This document shows positions 44,716-54,621 of a stretch of DNA of 64,000 nucleotides, piece after piece. Position numbers and translations under genes: made by a program. The stretch comes from a virus. Taxonomy: Duplodnaviria; Caudoviricetes. The notes beneath the pieces were generated by a model. That model was not told where the DNA came from. It ran no database searches and saw only the letters and a program-made list of their open reading frames with translations. The stretch's first letter is position 1; the number at the start of each line of letters is the position of its first letter. The DNA lies in IMG/VR virus record IMGVR_UViG_3300044693_000257, positions 7,820 through 71,819 of that record. One strand, given 5' to 3'.

Positions 44716-47507
44716 GTGGCTCATCCTATACTTCCGGTCAGGTTTTGACGGCGCAAGAGTTGAATGCGTCGTTCAACAGCAAAGTCGATGCCAATAACGC
44801 CCAGATCACTGGAGGCCAGATCACTGGCGTCACAAACATTGACATAACCGGCACGACAGATTCCACGTCTCCATCCACAGGCGCGCTCGTCGTTGCTGGC
44901 GGCGCAGGCATCGGCGAAAGCCTCCAGGTGGGAGGCAACACGACTGTCGGTGGGAGCGTCTATGCCAATGGCACGACACAATCAGTGTCCATCAACACAG
45001 GCGCACTCGTCGTGGCCGGTGGCCTGGGCGTTGCCGCCAACGCGAACATTGGCGGATCGGTTGTTGTGGGCGGCTCTGTATCGGCCCAGCAAGCGAGTGT
45101 GCAAAGTACGACCGATTCGACCAACGCGAACAACGGCGCGCTCGTTGTAGCGGGCGGCGCGGGCGTCGCTAAAACGCTCAACGTCGGCGGAGCAGCGAAT
45201 GTCGGCGGGGCCTTGAGCGTTACGGGCGCGACGACGGTATCAGGGCTGTTGGAAGCCGCGAATTTCACTCTGTTGGCTGGTGGCGCGATCACGTATGCAG
45301 ACGGCTCCACGCAGTCCACGGCAGGCGCGATTGACGGAGAGTTTCCAATCAGCACGACGGGCGGAACCACAACGATCACGGCCGCTGAAGCAGCATCCAA
45401 CAACATCTTCAAAGTCACAGGCATTCTCGCTTCGAATGCGACACTGGTGTTCCCGGCAAAAGCCAAAAGTTTCACTGTACAGAACGGAACAACAGGGACT
45501 TTCTCCCTGACCGTCAAAGCATCCGGTCAAACGCCATCCGTCAGCGTCGTACAGGGAACGAGCGGTACTTTGTTCACAGACACGACGGGCTGCTATGCGA
45601 CGAGCGCGGCGAGCGGCATCGGATTTTCAGGCGAGTTTCCAGACAGCACAGGGTTGACGCTCTCCCTCACGCACATTGGCGCGTTCGTTCAGCAAACGGC
45701 ACCAGGCATCACCACCACGCTGCCGCTGGCTTCGACGTACCCTGCCGGCAAAGGCGTCGTGATCGGGAACAAGTCCACCGGAACGAACAATCTGGCGCAT
45801 CAAGGCTCTGATACGATGGAGTTGCCGACCACAATCATGGCCGGTGACGTCTATTTCGCCGCGTCGGATGGAGTGTCCAACTGGGCTATAGGCTGGTATG
45901 CGGCCACTAAGACGGTTCGCGCGACAGCCATACAATTTGCGGACGGCACGACTCAAACGACGGCCAACGGCACCACGATGCCGACGAGCACGCTGTATTC
46001 AGTGTCTGCTGGCAACGTCACGCTCGGCGCAACGTCAATCACCACGAGCGGATATACATCGCCGTTCGTTGCTGTATACAAGAACAATCTTCGCTTGGTC
46101 AACGGCGTTGATTGGACGTTTGCTGGCGACAATAAGACGATCAATCTGACTGTTGCAATCGGCAAAAATGACCAGTTTGAAGTCCTGACGAATGTTGTTA
46201 TCACGCCTTCGACGTCATATACGCCGTCAAGCAATTATTTCAAGCCAGCGTCCGGCGCATCCAGCATCGGTATCGTTTACACGGTTGGCTTTGTACGGCT
46301 TTACCAGAATGGCTCGCGCCTGATCATCGGACAGGATTACACCGCCACGGACGGCGCCAACATCAATTTCGTCGGATTCACTGCTAACGGCACGGATGAT
46401 TACGAAGTTGAGTTGTTGACTCCGATGACATTCGCAAACAGCGTGGCACAAAGCAACCCTGTGCTCGGTGGCGCCCTTGTTTTCGCGGACGGATCGAGCC
46501 AGGGAACGGCTACCCCAGGTCGCAATAGAATCATCAATGGCGCTTGCCGAGTATCGCAACGCGGTTCTCTGGCGGCGGCGAGCGGTGTGACTGGTTATGG
46601 CGGCCCAGACCGATACGTTGCTCAAAATGGGGGCAGTGCAGGCGGTCAATTCACTCAGTCGCAAGGAACAATCACGTATAACGGTGTGTCGTATTCGGCG
46701 GTTGTGCAGACTGTTAATACGGCGATCGCAAGCACTTCCGGAGGCAATTTCTGGGGCGGAATCTGCCAGGCCATTGAGGGGTACAACTGCTGCGACCTTG
46801 TGGGGCAGAAGGTTGCCATAACATTCCTGTTCAACACGAATGTTAGCGGCACATTCGCCGTATCGCTCAATGATTACACCGGCACCCAGTCCTACACGAC
46901 GACCTTTTCAGCGACCGCTAATACCCCGAAGATAGTTACTATAGTTGTGCCTGCGTTGCCTACGAATTTGAATGTGCCGAACAGCAATGCTGGTGGCTTG
47001 CAGCTTCGCATCGGAGGCTTGAACAACGGAACGTATATGGCGGGAACACTCAATTCATGGATAGCTGGCAACTATCTGTTTGCAGCGGCTACCGCGACTA
47101 ACTGGGGCGCAGCAACCAACAACTTCATCGCCGTCACAAATTTGAAATTAGAAGCTGGTGGCGCTCCCACGCCGATGGAGCCATTGTCGTATGCGCAAGA
47201 GCTTGTTCTTTGCCAAAGGTACTATCAGCAGAATTCAACCAACACGACTGATTTGACTGGCAACTGCATATTCTCAGGGTCCGTGACTAGTGGAGTCACT
47301 TATTATGGCACCGTGAAATTCCCGGTGAGGATGCGCGCCGCGCCCTCTATCACACTCTCGCAAAACGCTCAATCTAATTTCAACTTGGCCACCGCCAATT
47401 ACACAGCAGGACCGGCCCAAGATGGATTCGTGCTCAGCAACAGCGCCAATTCTACCGGAGGAGGCGGCGCATTCTTCTATGGTTGGTCTGCCAACGCGGA
47501 GCTATAA
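44712..47507 (+). CDS. Long tail fibre / receptor-binding protein
   Basis: Three GALVVAGGxG beta-helix repeats, three [FY]ADG[ST][ST]Q joints, and a C-terminal RNRIING...LCQRYY...NAEL module. Confidence 0.8.
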   Translation: MSGSSYTSGQVLTAQELNASFNSKVDANNAQITGGQITGVTNIDITGTTDSTSPSTGALVVAGGAGIGESLQVGGNTTVGGSVYANGTTQSVSINTGALVVAGGLGVAANANIGGSVVVGGSVSAQQASVQSTTDSTNANNGALVVAGGAGVAKTLNVGGAANVGGALSVTGATTVSGLLEAANFTLLAGGAITYADGSTQSTAGAIDGEFPISTTGGTTTITAAEAASNNIFKVTGILASNATLVFPAKAKSFTVQNGTTGTFSLTVKASGQTPSVSVVQGTSGTLFTDTTGCYATSAASGIGFSGEFPDSTGLTLSLTHIGAFVQQTAPGITTTLPLASTYPAGKGVVIGNKSTGTNNLAHQGSDTMELPTTIMAGDVYFAASDGVSNWAIGWYAATKTVRATAIQFADGTTQTTANGTTMPTSTLYSVSAGNVTLGATSITTSGYTSPFVAVYKNNLRLVNGVDWTFAGDNKTINLTVAIGKNDQFEVLTNVVITPSTSYTPSSNYFKPASGASSIGIVYTVGFVRLYQNGSRLIIGQDYTATDGANINFVGFTANGTDDYEVELLTPMTFANSVAQSNPVLGGALVFADGSSQGTATPGRNRIINGACRVSQRGSLAAASGVTGYGGPDRYVAQNGGSAGGQFTQSQGTITYNGVSYSAVVQTVNTAIASTSGGNFWGGICQAIEGYNCCDLVGQKVAITFLFNTNVSGTFAVSLNDYTGTQSYTTTFSATANTPKIVTIVVPALPTNLNVPNSNAGGLQLRIGGLNNGTYMAGTLNSWIAGNYLFAAATATNWGAATNNFIAVTNLKLEAGGAPTPMEPLSYAQELVLCQRYYQQNSTNTTDLTGNCIFSGSVTSGVTYYGTVKFPVRMRAAPSITLSQNAQSNFNLATANYTAGPAQDGFVLSNSANSTGGGGAFFYGWSANAEL

Positions 47508-47510
47508 CCG

Positions 47511-48416
47511 ATGTCCAACGCTCAAAGTCTCGCGCAACTTGTCAATCAGGTTCCAGGTCGCAATAGGATCATTAATGGTGGGCTGCGCGTCGATCAGCGG
47601 AACGGTGGTGGGGCGCAGACGATAACCGCCGCCGCCGCACTCGCCTACACAGTTGATCGGTGGTGGGGTGCCTGCACAGGAGCAAACGTCACGGGCCAGC
47701 AGGTTTCGGCATCTGCCGGCATCGGAGCCGTCAAACAGTACCAGTTTACTGGCGCAGCCAGCGTTACAGGCATCCAGTTTGGACAGCGCATCGAGGCAAC
47801 AAACTCTGCCGACCTCGCTGGCCAAACCGCCACATTCTCGGTGACTCTTGCTAATTCATTGCTCACGTCCGTCACTTGGGCAGCATACTACGCTACCACA
47901 GCAGATGCATTTGGAACGCTTGCATCACCAACCAAGACCCAAATTGCAACGGGAACTTTTAACGTCACCAACGCGATGACGCGCTATCAGACGCAGATCG
48001 CGGTTCCGGCGGCAGCTACGACTGGCATTGAAATTGTACTCTCCGTTGGTGCGCAAACCTCAGGTACATGGTCGATTGCCAATGCAAAATTCGAATTGGG
48101 CACAAAGGCAACGACGATGGAGCCGCGCCCGTTAGGCGAGGAGTTGCTTCTGTGTCAGCGATACTATTACGTCTCCCCATCTGCCAGCTATGGATTCCCG
48201 TCACCTGGGAGCACATACGCATACGATCAAAGATACGACTTCAAGGCCAGCATGAGGGCAGTTCCTACAGTGAGCACTTCGCACACTAACATGTCTGGCT
48301 TGTCAACTATCACGACGCAATCGATAACGACGGATTTCTACACGGCACAATATATTTCCAATGTGAACGCTAATGCAACCTGGACAAACTCATTCACCGC
48401 CTCTGCGGAGCTATAG
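47511..48416 (+). CDS. Fibre-tip paralog (RNRIING...LCQRYY module)
   Basis: Whole protein is homologous to the C-terminal ~330 aa of 44712. Confidence 0.75.
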   Translation: MSNAQSLAQLVNQVPGRNRIINGGLRVDQRNGGGAQTITAAAALAYTVDRWWGACTGANVTGQQVSASAGIGAVKQYQFTGAASVTGIQFGQRIEATNSADLAGQTATFSVTLANSLLTSVTWAAYYATTADAFGTLASPTKTQIATGTFNVTNAMTRYQTQIAVPAAATTGIEIVLSVGAQTSGTWSIANAKFELGTKATTMEPRPLGEELLLCQRYYYVSPSASYGFPSPGSTYAYDQRYDFKASMRAVPTVSTSHTNMSGLSTITTQSITTDFYTAQYISNVNANATWTNSFTASAEL

Positions 48417-48419
48417 CAA

Positions 48420-49433
48420 ATGAGCCTTCTTGATAGACTCTCAACGCTGGTTGACTGGTTTGACTTTCTTCAGATGTCAAATCGAAACCATGTTGTCGAC
48501 GGCAATTTTGATCAGTGGACGGCATCGAGCGGCGCAGTCAGCAATTCGACCTACGGCTACATCGCATCGGCGCTGTTTAAGTCGTATGCAGGCGCAGGCG
48601 GCGCAGCGACCGTATCGCAACAGTCATTCACCCCTGGCTCCGCACAAACGAGCATGAACAAGGCTGCACAGTACTATCTCCAGTACCAGCAGACTACAGC
48701 GCACACAGGTTCGCCTGGTATCCTTGGCGGATCGAATTCTGCAGCTGTTATATACCAGAACATCGAAAATGTTTGGACGCTAGAAGGAGAGTCATCAACG
48801 CTTTCAATGTGGTTATGGTGTGCATCCGGAACGGTTCAGATAAGCAACATCTGTGCACAGCAGTACTTCGGCACTGGCGGGTCACCTTCATCTGCGAATG
48901 CAATAAACACTGCAGTGAATTGGACTGTCACAACGACGCCGCAGAAATTCAGCGTCAGAATTGACTGGCCATCAATCAGCGGAAAAACGGTTGGAACGAC
49001 GACCGCAACCAGCGTCATTCAAATCGGTTTGTTCCTGCCGTCAGGAGCAACGTTTGTGCTCAACACGACCCAATGGCAGCTTGAGCAATGTTCGTCGCAG
49101 GCACCAGCGACTGGCAGGCCAACAGCCTTTGAATATCGTGGCGCCCAGGCCGAGTTGGCGCGCGCTCAGCGATATTACGAGGTGAGCACTCCGGACTCAG
49201 TCTTGTGGCAAGGCAATGGCTCGTCAGGGTCCAATTACAATGCCATTGGCATGTACAAGGTAGTAAAACGTGCCAATGCAACCGTAACATTCACACTTCA
49301 AGGATCATCCGGATTTGGTTCGCCTAGTGTAGTTGGACAAGGATTTGACCACTGCCAAATTGGGGCGACGGCAAGCAGCACGGCAAACGGCATTTATTTC
49401 CAAGGCGGATACACCGCTGATGCCAGACTTTGA
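48420..49433 (+). CDS. Third, more divergent fibre-tip paralog
   Basis: NRNHVVDGNFDQW...QLEQ....T.FEYR..QAELARAQRYY...ADARL. Confidence 0.7.
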   Translation: MSLLDRLSTLVDWFDFLQMSNRNHVVDGNFDQWTASSGAVSNSTYGYIASALFKSYAGAGGAATVSQQSFTPGSAQTSMNKAAQYYLQYQQTTAHTGSPGILGGSNSAAVIYQNIENVWTLEGESSTLSMWLWCASGTVQISNICAQQYFGTGGSPSSANAINTAVNWTVTTTPQKFSVRIDWPSISGKTVGTTTATSVIQIGLFLPSGATFVLNTTQWQLEQCSSQAPATGRPTAFEYRGAQAELARAQRYYEVSTPDSVLWQGNGSSGSNYNAIGMYKVVKRANATVTFTLQGSSGFGSPSVVGQGFDHCQIGATASSTANGIYFQGGYTADARL

Positions 49434-49449
49434 TTTAACAGGAGGAACA

Positions 49450-49821
49450 ATGACTTATTCTCTCACCCAAACAGGCGGCATTGTCCGTGATTCGGATGGC
49501 GCATTCATTCCGCATGATCCGGCAAACCGAGACTATGCAGATTATATGGCGTGGATGGCAGAAGGCAACGTGGCGACTCCATACCAGTCACCCGCCCCGA
49601 CTTGGGCCGATTTCCAATCGGAAGCAAAGACAGCGCTCGAAGCGACGAGCAACACAATGGAGCGAATCACAGAGGCCGTGTCGCTTGGCAAGACTACGCT
49701 GACTGCGACGGACGTGGTGGCATTCATGCAATACCGCGTCGCGCTCCGCGCAATCGTCAGTGAAAAGACAGGCACGCCGGGAACGCTCCCTGCAAAGCCG
49801 CCGTACCCGGCAGGGACGTAA
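49450..49821 (+). CDS. Tail fibre assembly chaperone-like protein
   Basis: IVRDSDGAFIPHDPANRDYADYMAWMAEGN...YRVALRAI motif; AGGAGG RBS. Confidence 0.7.
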   Translation: MTYSLTQTGGIVRDSDGAFIPHDPANRDYADYMAWMAEGNVATPYQSPAPTWADFQSEAKTALEATSNTMERITEAVSLGKTTLTATDVVAFMQYRVALRAIVSEKTGTPGTLPAKPPYPAGT

Positions 49822-49879
49822 TCAGGACACGCGAGGACGGCCATAATACGGTATTCGTGACCGTCCTCTGTCCTTCAAA

Positions 49880-50302
49880 ATGCCCACCTCAAACGTCGAA
49901 ATCACAACGCCGAACGGCGAAACAAAAACAATAATCATCAATCAATTCCCTGCTCTCGACGGTTGGGATATTCAATCAAAGTTCATCGAATTCGCGGCGA
50001 GTTCCGACAAAGAATTCCGCAGGCAATATACACTCGACGTTCTGGCCTATGCATCCGTTCAAATGTCGCAGGATCGAATCCTGCCGCTGAATACAGATGC
50101 GTTGATCGATAACCATCTTGGTTCGTGGCAAAACGTCCAAAAGGTCTTTGAGGAAGTTTTGATGCAGAATGGCATCAATCCGAAGACACATGCCGATCAA
50201 CCCATGTTTTGGTCAAAGGCGGGCGCTGAAATGGCAACGGCATTCATAGCCGAAGTCTCGCAACTCATCGGCCCTGCCTTTCAACTCACCAAAGGTGAAT
50301 AA
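49880..50302 (+). CDS. Tail assembly chaperone-like protein
   Basis: Immediately upstream of the tape measure gene. Confidence 0.55.
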   Translation: MPTSNVEITTPNGETKTIIINQFPALDGWDIQSKFIEFAASSDKEFRRQYTLDVLAYASVQMSQDRILPLNTDALIDNHLGSWQNVQKVFEEVLMQNGINPKTHADQPMFWSKAGAEMATAFIAEVSQLIGPAFQLTKGE

Positions 50303-52419
50303 TGGCTGAAGACCTGGACAAATTCGTCCTCCAATATCAAGTCGATCTGAAAGACTCAATCGGAAGACTTGAGAAGTTGCACGAGAAAATGGAGGGCGTG
50401 GGAAAGAAAGGCGGACAAGCCACATCTGAACTGAAGAAATTTGCTGCAGACGCTGCTGGTGAGCTTGGCAAGCTTGTTCCAGGCATGAATGCGGTTGGAA
50501 CGGCAGTGCGCGCGATGGGCGCAGAGTTCGCGATTGCTGGTGCCGCCATTGCCGCGCTGGCGATTGGCGTCAAATCTGTTATGGCCTTGCGCAATCAGTA
50601 CAACGCGCAAAGAAGCGTCGGAATGCAGCTTGGCGTATCCGGCATGCGCATTGAGGAATACCAGCGCAAGTTCGTCCGGGCGTCCAACGGGTACGTATCC
50701 AGGGACGCGGCCTTGGAGGGTCTTACGACATTCTCGAACATGACCAATGCGGCGTATTCGGACCCGACAAGACTCGGGCGAGAGGCTCGAATCATGCGCA
50801 TGCTTGGAATCGACGTTGGAGCGCGAGGCGCTGCCCCGACCGGATTCAACGACGAGTTGCGCATGCTTGCCCGTGGGCTCCAAGGGAAGTCTGCAGGCGA
50901 TGTTCAAGGCATCGCAAAGGCCACAGGAATGAACCAGGACTGGCTCCTGTCCGTTCAACGCCTCGGCGATTCCATCGGAAAAGTCACCGAGTTGACCGAT
51001 GATGAAGTGCGCAAGCGAAAAGAGGCAGAAGACACACTCGGGAACTTCAACAAAGAACTCGGAAAGTTGAAGGAAGACTTCAACGAGCTTGAGATCAAAC
51101 TTGGTCAGAAAGTCATCCCTGCAATGGACAAGTTCGTCCAGTGGCTCACCAAGATAGTTGATATCTTCAACAAGGCCACGAGCAGTTCTGATGCTTCGGC
51201 GCGTCCATACAAAATAGTTAATGGCCACAGAGTCAACATAGGCCCAGAGCCGATCGATACGACGCAGTCGACATACAAACAGGGTCGGTACAAGATTGAG
51301 AACGGGCACCGCGTCAACCTTCCTGACATCATTCCTGCGACAAAGCAGCAGGAAATCGCTGATGACAAAAAGAAGGAACAAGAAAGCCGTGATGCCGCGA
51401 TGGACAAGCAAGACCAAATGAACAAGCAGGGGCTTGCGACGGCCAATCAAATGAGTCTCGCAGTCAACATGTTTGCCGGTGCCGTTCAATCATTCTCGTC
51501 GGCCATCAACATTCAACAGGCATGGGCTGCGTGGGCTGGCGAGCTAGGTAAAGCGGCTGGCCTTCCTGGCTCCAGTGGCGCGACCACGCCTGCCGCAAAG
51601 GTTGGTCCGACGAAATTTGACGAATTCTTCGAGCAGGCCGCAAAGAAAGAGGGCGTGCCGGTTGACCTTCTGAAGCGCATCGCTCAAGTAGAGTCGAAGA
51701 TGAACCCAAACGCCGTCAGTGGGCAAGGCGCTGTCGGTCTGATGCAGCTTATGCCATCAAACAACGCGTCACTCGGCGTCAAGGATGCCACAGACCCGCG
51801 CCAGAACATTATGGGCGGCGCGAAGCTGTTCAAGCAGTATTTGAATGCCGCAGGCGGCGATGTTAGGACGGCCCTGATGATGTATCACGGCGGATATGAC
51901 CGCTCTGGCTGGGGTCCGAAAACCCGCGCGTATCCGGACCTGGTCATGGGCGTCGGCAGCGGATCGATGGGAGAGAGTCGCGCCAAGATGCAGCTGCGAC
52001 AAGTACAGCAATCCATTGCTGATTATTTGCATGTTCCTCTCGAACAAATCCAGCGAGGTGGCGTGAATCGTGGCGATGCGGCCTTTGCATCGTCTCAAGT
52101 ACAAGCCGGTATCGCCAATCACATCTATGACTTAGAGCGTCAAAGGGCCATCGGTGGCCTACCTGCTCAGACATACGGAAAGTTGGCGCAAGAATTGCGT
52201 GAGCAGCAGCGCGGCTTGGAAATGCTGAAGCAGTATTCCGGCGATGTCATTGGACGTCAGCAAGCTGGTGGACGAGACCGCACAGAGGGCGAGCGCCCGA
52301 TTATCATCAATGTGAACGGAGCGCAAGACCCGAAGGCTGTGGCCGCCGAAGTCAACAGACAACTGACGCAATCGATGAACGATTTGCTGCACCATTACGC
52401 AACCGGGGAGAAAGGCTGA
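50302..52419 (+). CDS. Tape measure protein with lytic transglycosylase (SLT) domain
   Basis: Helical N-terminal region; IAQVESKMNPNAVSGQGAVGLMQLMP..DPRQNIMGGAKL..ALMMYHGG. Confidence 0.88.
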   Translation: MAEDLDKFVLQYQVDLKDSIGRLEKLHEKMEGVGKKGGQATSELKKFAADAAGELGKLVPGMNAVGTAVRAMGAEFAIAGAAIAALAIGVKSVMALRNQYNAQRSVGMQLGVSGMRIEEYQRKFVRASNGYVSRDAALEGLTTFSNMTNAAYSDPTRLGREARIMRMLGIDVGARGAAPTGFNDELRMLARGLQGKSAGDVQGIAKATGMNQDWLLSVQRLGDSIGKVTELTDDEVRKRKEAEDTLGNFNKELGKLKEDFNELEIKLGQKVIPAMDKFVQWLTKIVDIFNKATSSSDASARPYKIVNGHRVNIGPEPIDTTQSTYKQGRYKIENGHRVNLPDIIPATKQQEIADDKKKEQESRDAAMDKQDQMNKQGLATANQMSLAVNMFAGAVQSFSSAINIQQAWAAWAGELGKAAGLPGSSGATTPAAKVGPTKFDEFFEQAAKKEGVPVDLLKRIAQVESKMNPNAVSGQGAVGLMQLMPSNNASLGVKDATDPRQNIMGGAKLFKQYLNAAGGDVRTALMMYHGGYDRSGWGPKTRAYPDLVMGVGSGSMGESRAKMQLRQVQQSIADYLHVPLEQIQRGGVNRGDAAFASSQVQAGIANHIYDLERQRAIGGLPAQTYGKLAQELREQQRGLEMLKQYSGDVIGRQQAGGRDRTEGERPIIINVNGAQDPKAVAAEVNRQLTQSMNDLLHHYATGEKG

Positions 52420-53291
52420 TGCCGCTCGCCAAACGCGTCTTAAATGTAATTCTGGAAATGCCCAGCGGCAATGTCACGCTTGATGCGTCACTTGACATCC
52501 ACGTGCACATCAAAAAGGACGCGCTCGCAATTCAGAATTCGTGCACAATCGATGTTTTCGGGCTTTCGCAGTCTCTGCGCGAATCACTCCTATCGCAATT
52601 CACCGCTTGGAATAAGCGCCAGATCGAGACAGGCAACACCCAGCCGAATTACGTCAACATGTACGTCCAGGCTGGCTACTTGTCCGATCAACAGGACACC
52701 ACAACCATTGTTTTCTCAGGTCAGATCGTTCTTGTTGATCCGATAAGCGCGCCTCCAAATATCGGAATACGCATAACATGCTATAGTCAACAATTGCAAA
52801 AGCTGCAATGGGTGACAGGAATTGCGCCTGCGTCAACGACATTCAGAGCGTATGTCGAATGGGCCGGAGCGCAGATGGGGGTGTCATCGATTGATTGCAA
52901 GACCAGCTATGACGATACAGTCGTCAGCAACCCTTCCGGAACAACGGAAGTTGTGGCAAATTTGCTGATTGACATTCAGTCCATGTACCGCCCGAACGTT
53001 GCGGCATTCATTGACAACAACATTCTCTATGTCAGAGACGTCAATAAGGTAATTGACACAGCGCAGAAGGTCACAATAACGGAGTTCGTCGGCACTCCGA
53101 TGTGGACTGAATGGGGAGTTGAATTCACGACGCTTTACAACCCGCAACTTCAGTTAGCCGGTGCTCCGACTTTGAATTCCAAGATGAATCCGAGTCTGAA
53201 TAAAACTTATGTGACAACGGCCCTGGAGTACGATCTAACTAGCCGTGATGTGGCATTCTACGTCAGGGTCAATGCTAGTCCGAGTGCTTAA
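52419..53291 (+). CDS. Baseplate hub protein
   Basis: Position after the tape measure gene; N.C.IDVFGLS, YVQAGY, FSGQI. Confidence 0.7.
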   Translation: MPLAKRVLNVILEMPSGNVTLDASLDIHVHIKKDALAIQNSCTIDVFGLSQSLRESLLSQFTAWNKRQIETGNTQPNYVNMYVQAGYLSDQQDTTTIVFSGQIVLVDPISAPPNIGIRITCYSQQLQKLQWVTGIAPASTTFRAYVEWAGAQMGVSSIDCKTSYDDTVVSNPSGTTEVVANLLIDIQSMYRPNVAAFIDNNILYVRDVNKVIDTAQKVTITEFVGTPMWTEWGVEFTTLYNPQLQLAGAPTLNSKMNPSLNKTYVTTALEYDLTSRDVAFYVRVNASPSA

Positions 53292-53807
53292 ATGGCCGTC
53301 AAAACAAAAACCTTCATCATTTTTGGCAGAGAATACAAGACGGTCCAATACGCGGCTGTGCCTGCTCTCGAAATCATGGCGAACAGCCACAACATGCGAC
53401 CAGAGGAAATCCTGCGCCAAACGTGGGCGAAAGATTCGGATGGGCACTGGGTTCAACTGGACGCTCGCGAGCCAATAAACGCCCACGTCGTGGGTTCTAG
53501 CGGCACGATTCCGCCGCGAATGGTGTTGCAAGCCCTCTTGAAGGCGGTCAACGAATTCTCTTTTGGATTTGTCAGCGGCTGGCAAGGTGTGAAGGTGCCA
53601 AGGCGCTTCACAGAAGGATCAGAGCCAAGAGAATCGCAACATGCTGATCCGCTGATCGCAACTCTATTCTCAGAGCACGTCGCATCATTGCGAGAATTGG
53701 AAGAATATTATTCATTGGAAGATGCCTTCAAGATGTTTGATGTTCTGGTTGCCAAAGGCGTCAATGCGGCACTTGCCAATGAGGCAGCAATGAAGTCAAA
53801 CAGATAA
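53292..53807 (+). CDS. Conserved tail-region protein (chaperone-like)
   Basis: C-terminal ASLRELEEYYSLEDAF motif. Confidence 0.55.
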   Translation: MAVKTKTFIIFGREYKTVQYAAVPALEIMANSHNMRPEEILRQTWAKDSDGHWVQLDAREPINAHVVGSSGTIPPRMVLQALLKAVNEFSFGFVSGWQGVKVPRRFTEGSEPRESQHADPLIATLFSEHVASLRELEEYYSLEDAFKMFDVLVAKGVNAALANEAAMKSNR

Positions 53808-53862
53808 AAGAACATCGACACCGGCGATAATATGGTGTCCATGAATACCAACTATCGCCACA

Positions 53863-54621
53863 ATGGCCGATCTGCAGAGTAAGCCGATTGTCAATTTAAT
53901 GCCGGGTGAAACGAGTGATTTCACCGCAGGCATGAAGGCACTTCTGCATCTGCACGCCTTGGATACGCGAAAGCTGATTCCGGCGAAAGTAATGCAATTT
54001 GACCGCGTAAAGAACATGGCGACGGTCCAACCAATGGTGATGTTGGTCGATGTAAGCGACAACACGCGAATCCGTAAGGCAATCGCCAACATTCCGGTGA
54101 TTTCTCTAGGCGGCGGCGGATTTCACATCAACTTTCCGCTCAAGGAAGGTGACCTTGGCTGGATTCTCGCGGCAGATCGTGACATCAGCCAGTTCATGCA
54201 GAACCTGAAAGCCGCGCCGCCAAATACGTTTCGCAAGCACACGTTTTCTGATGGCTGGTTCATTCCTGACGTGTTTCGTCAATACACCATCAACTCGGCT
54301 GATTCCGCCGCGATGGTGATCCAATCAACGGACGGCGCAACGCGCATCAGCATCGGCCAAGGAACGGTGAATATCACCGCGCCAACGTCTGTAACGGTGA
54401 CGACTCCTCTTGCGACCTTCTCGCAGGATGTTGCTGTGAATGGCAAACTCACCGTTACAGGACTCACAACCGTCAACGGCGGATTCACAGCACTTGGAAC
54501 AGGCGGAAATCAGCCCTGTACGTTGCCGCAAAGCACGACTATTGGCGGCATCGCTGTTTATGGTCACGGCCACATAAGTTCTAACCCTGGAACCCGTACA
54601 TCGGGTGGGATGATCGCATAA
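53863..54621 (+). CDS. Baseplate central spike (Gp138/gpV-like)
   Basis: IPAKV..FD...ATVQP, GDLGWILAADRDIS, RKH.FSDG, terminal HGH metal site. Confidence 0.85.
   Translation: MADLQSKPIVNLMPGETSDFTAGMKALLHLHALDTRKLIPAKVMQFDRVKNMATVQPMVMLVDVSDNTRIRKAIANIPVISLGGGGFHINFPLKEGDLGWILAADRDISQFMQNLKAAPPNTFRKHTFSDGWFIPDVFRQYTINSADSAAMVIQSTDGATRISIGQGTVNITAPTSVTVTTPLATFSQDVAVNGKLTVTGLTTVNGGFTALGTGGNQPCTLPQSTTIGGIAVYGHGHISSNPGTRTSGGMIA

Noticed and set aside
44712-49433. Diversity-generating retroelement (TR/VR) behind the repeated fibre tips
   Set aside because: No reverse transcriptase in the window, and the repeats differ at all base types rather than showing adenine-specific changes.
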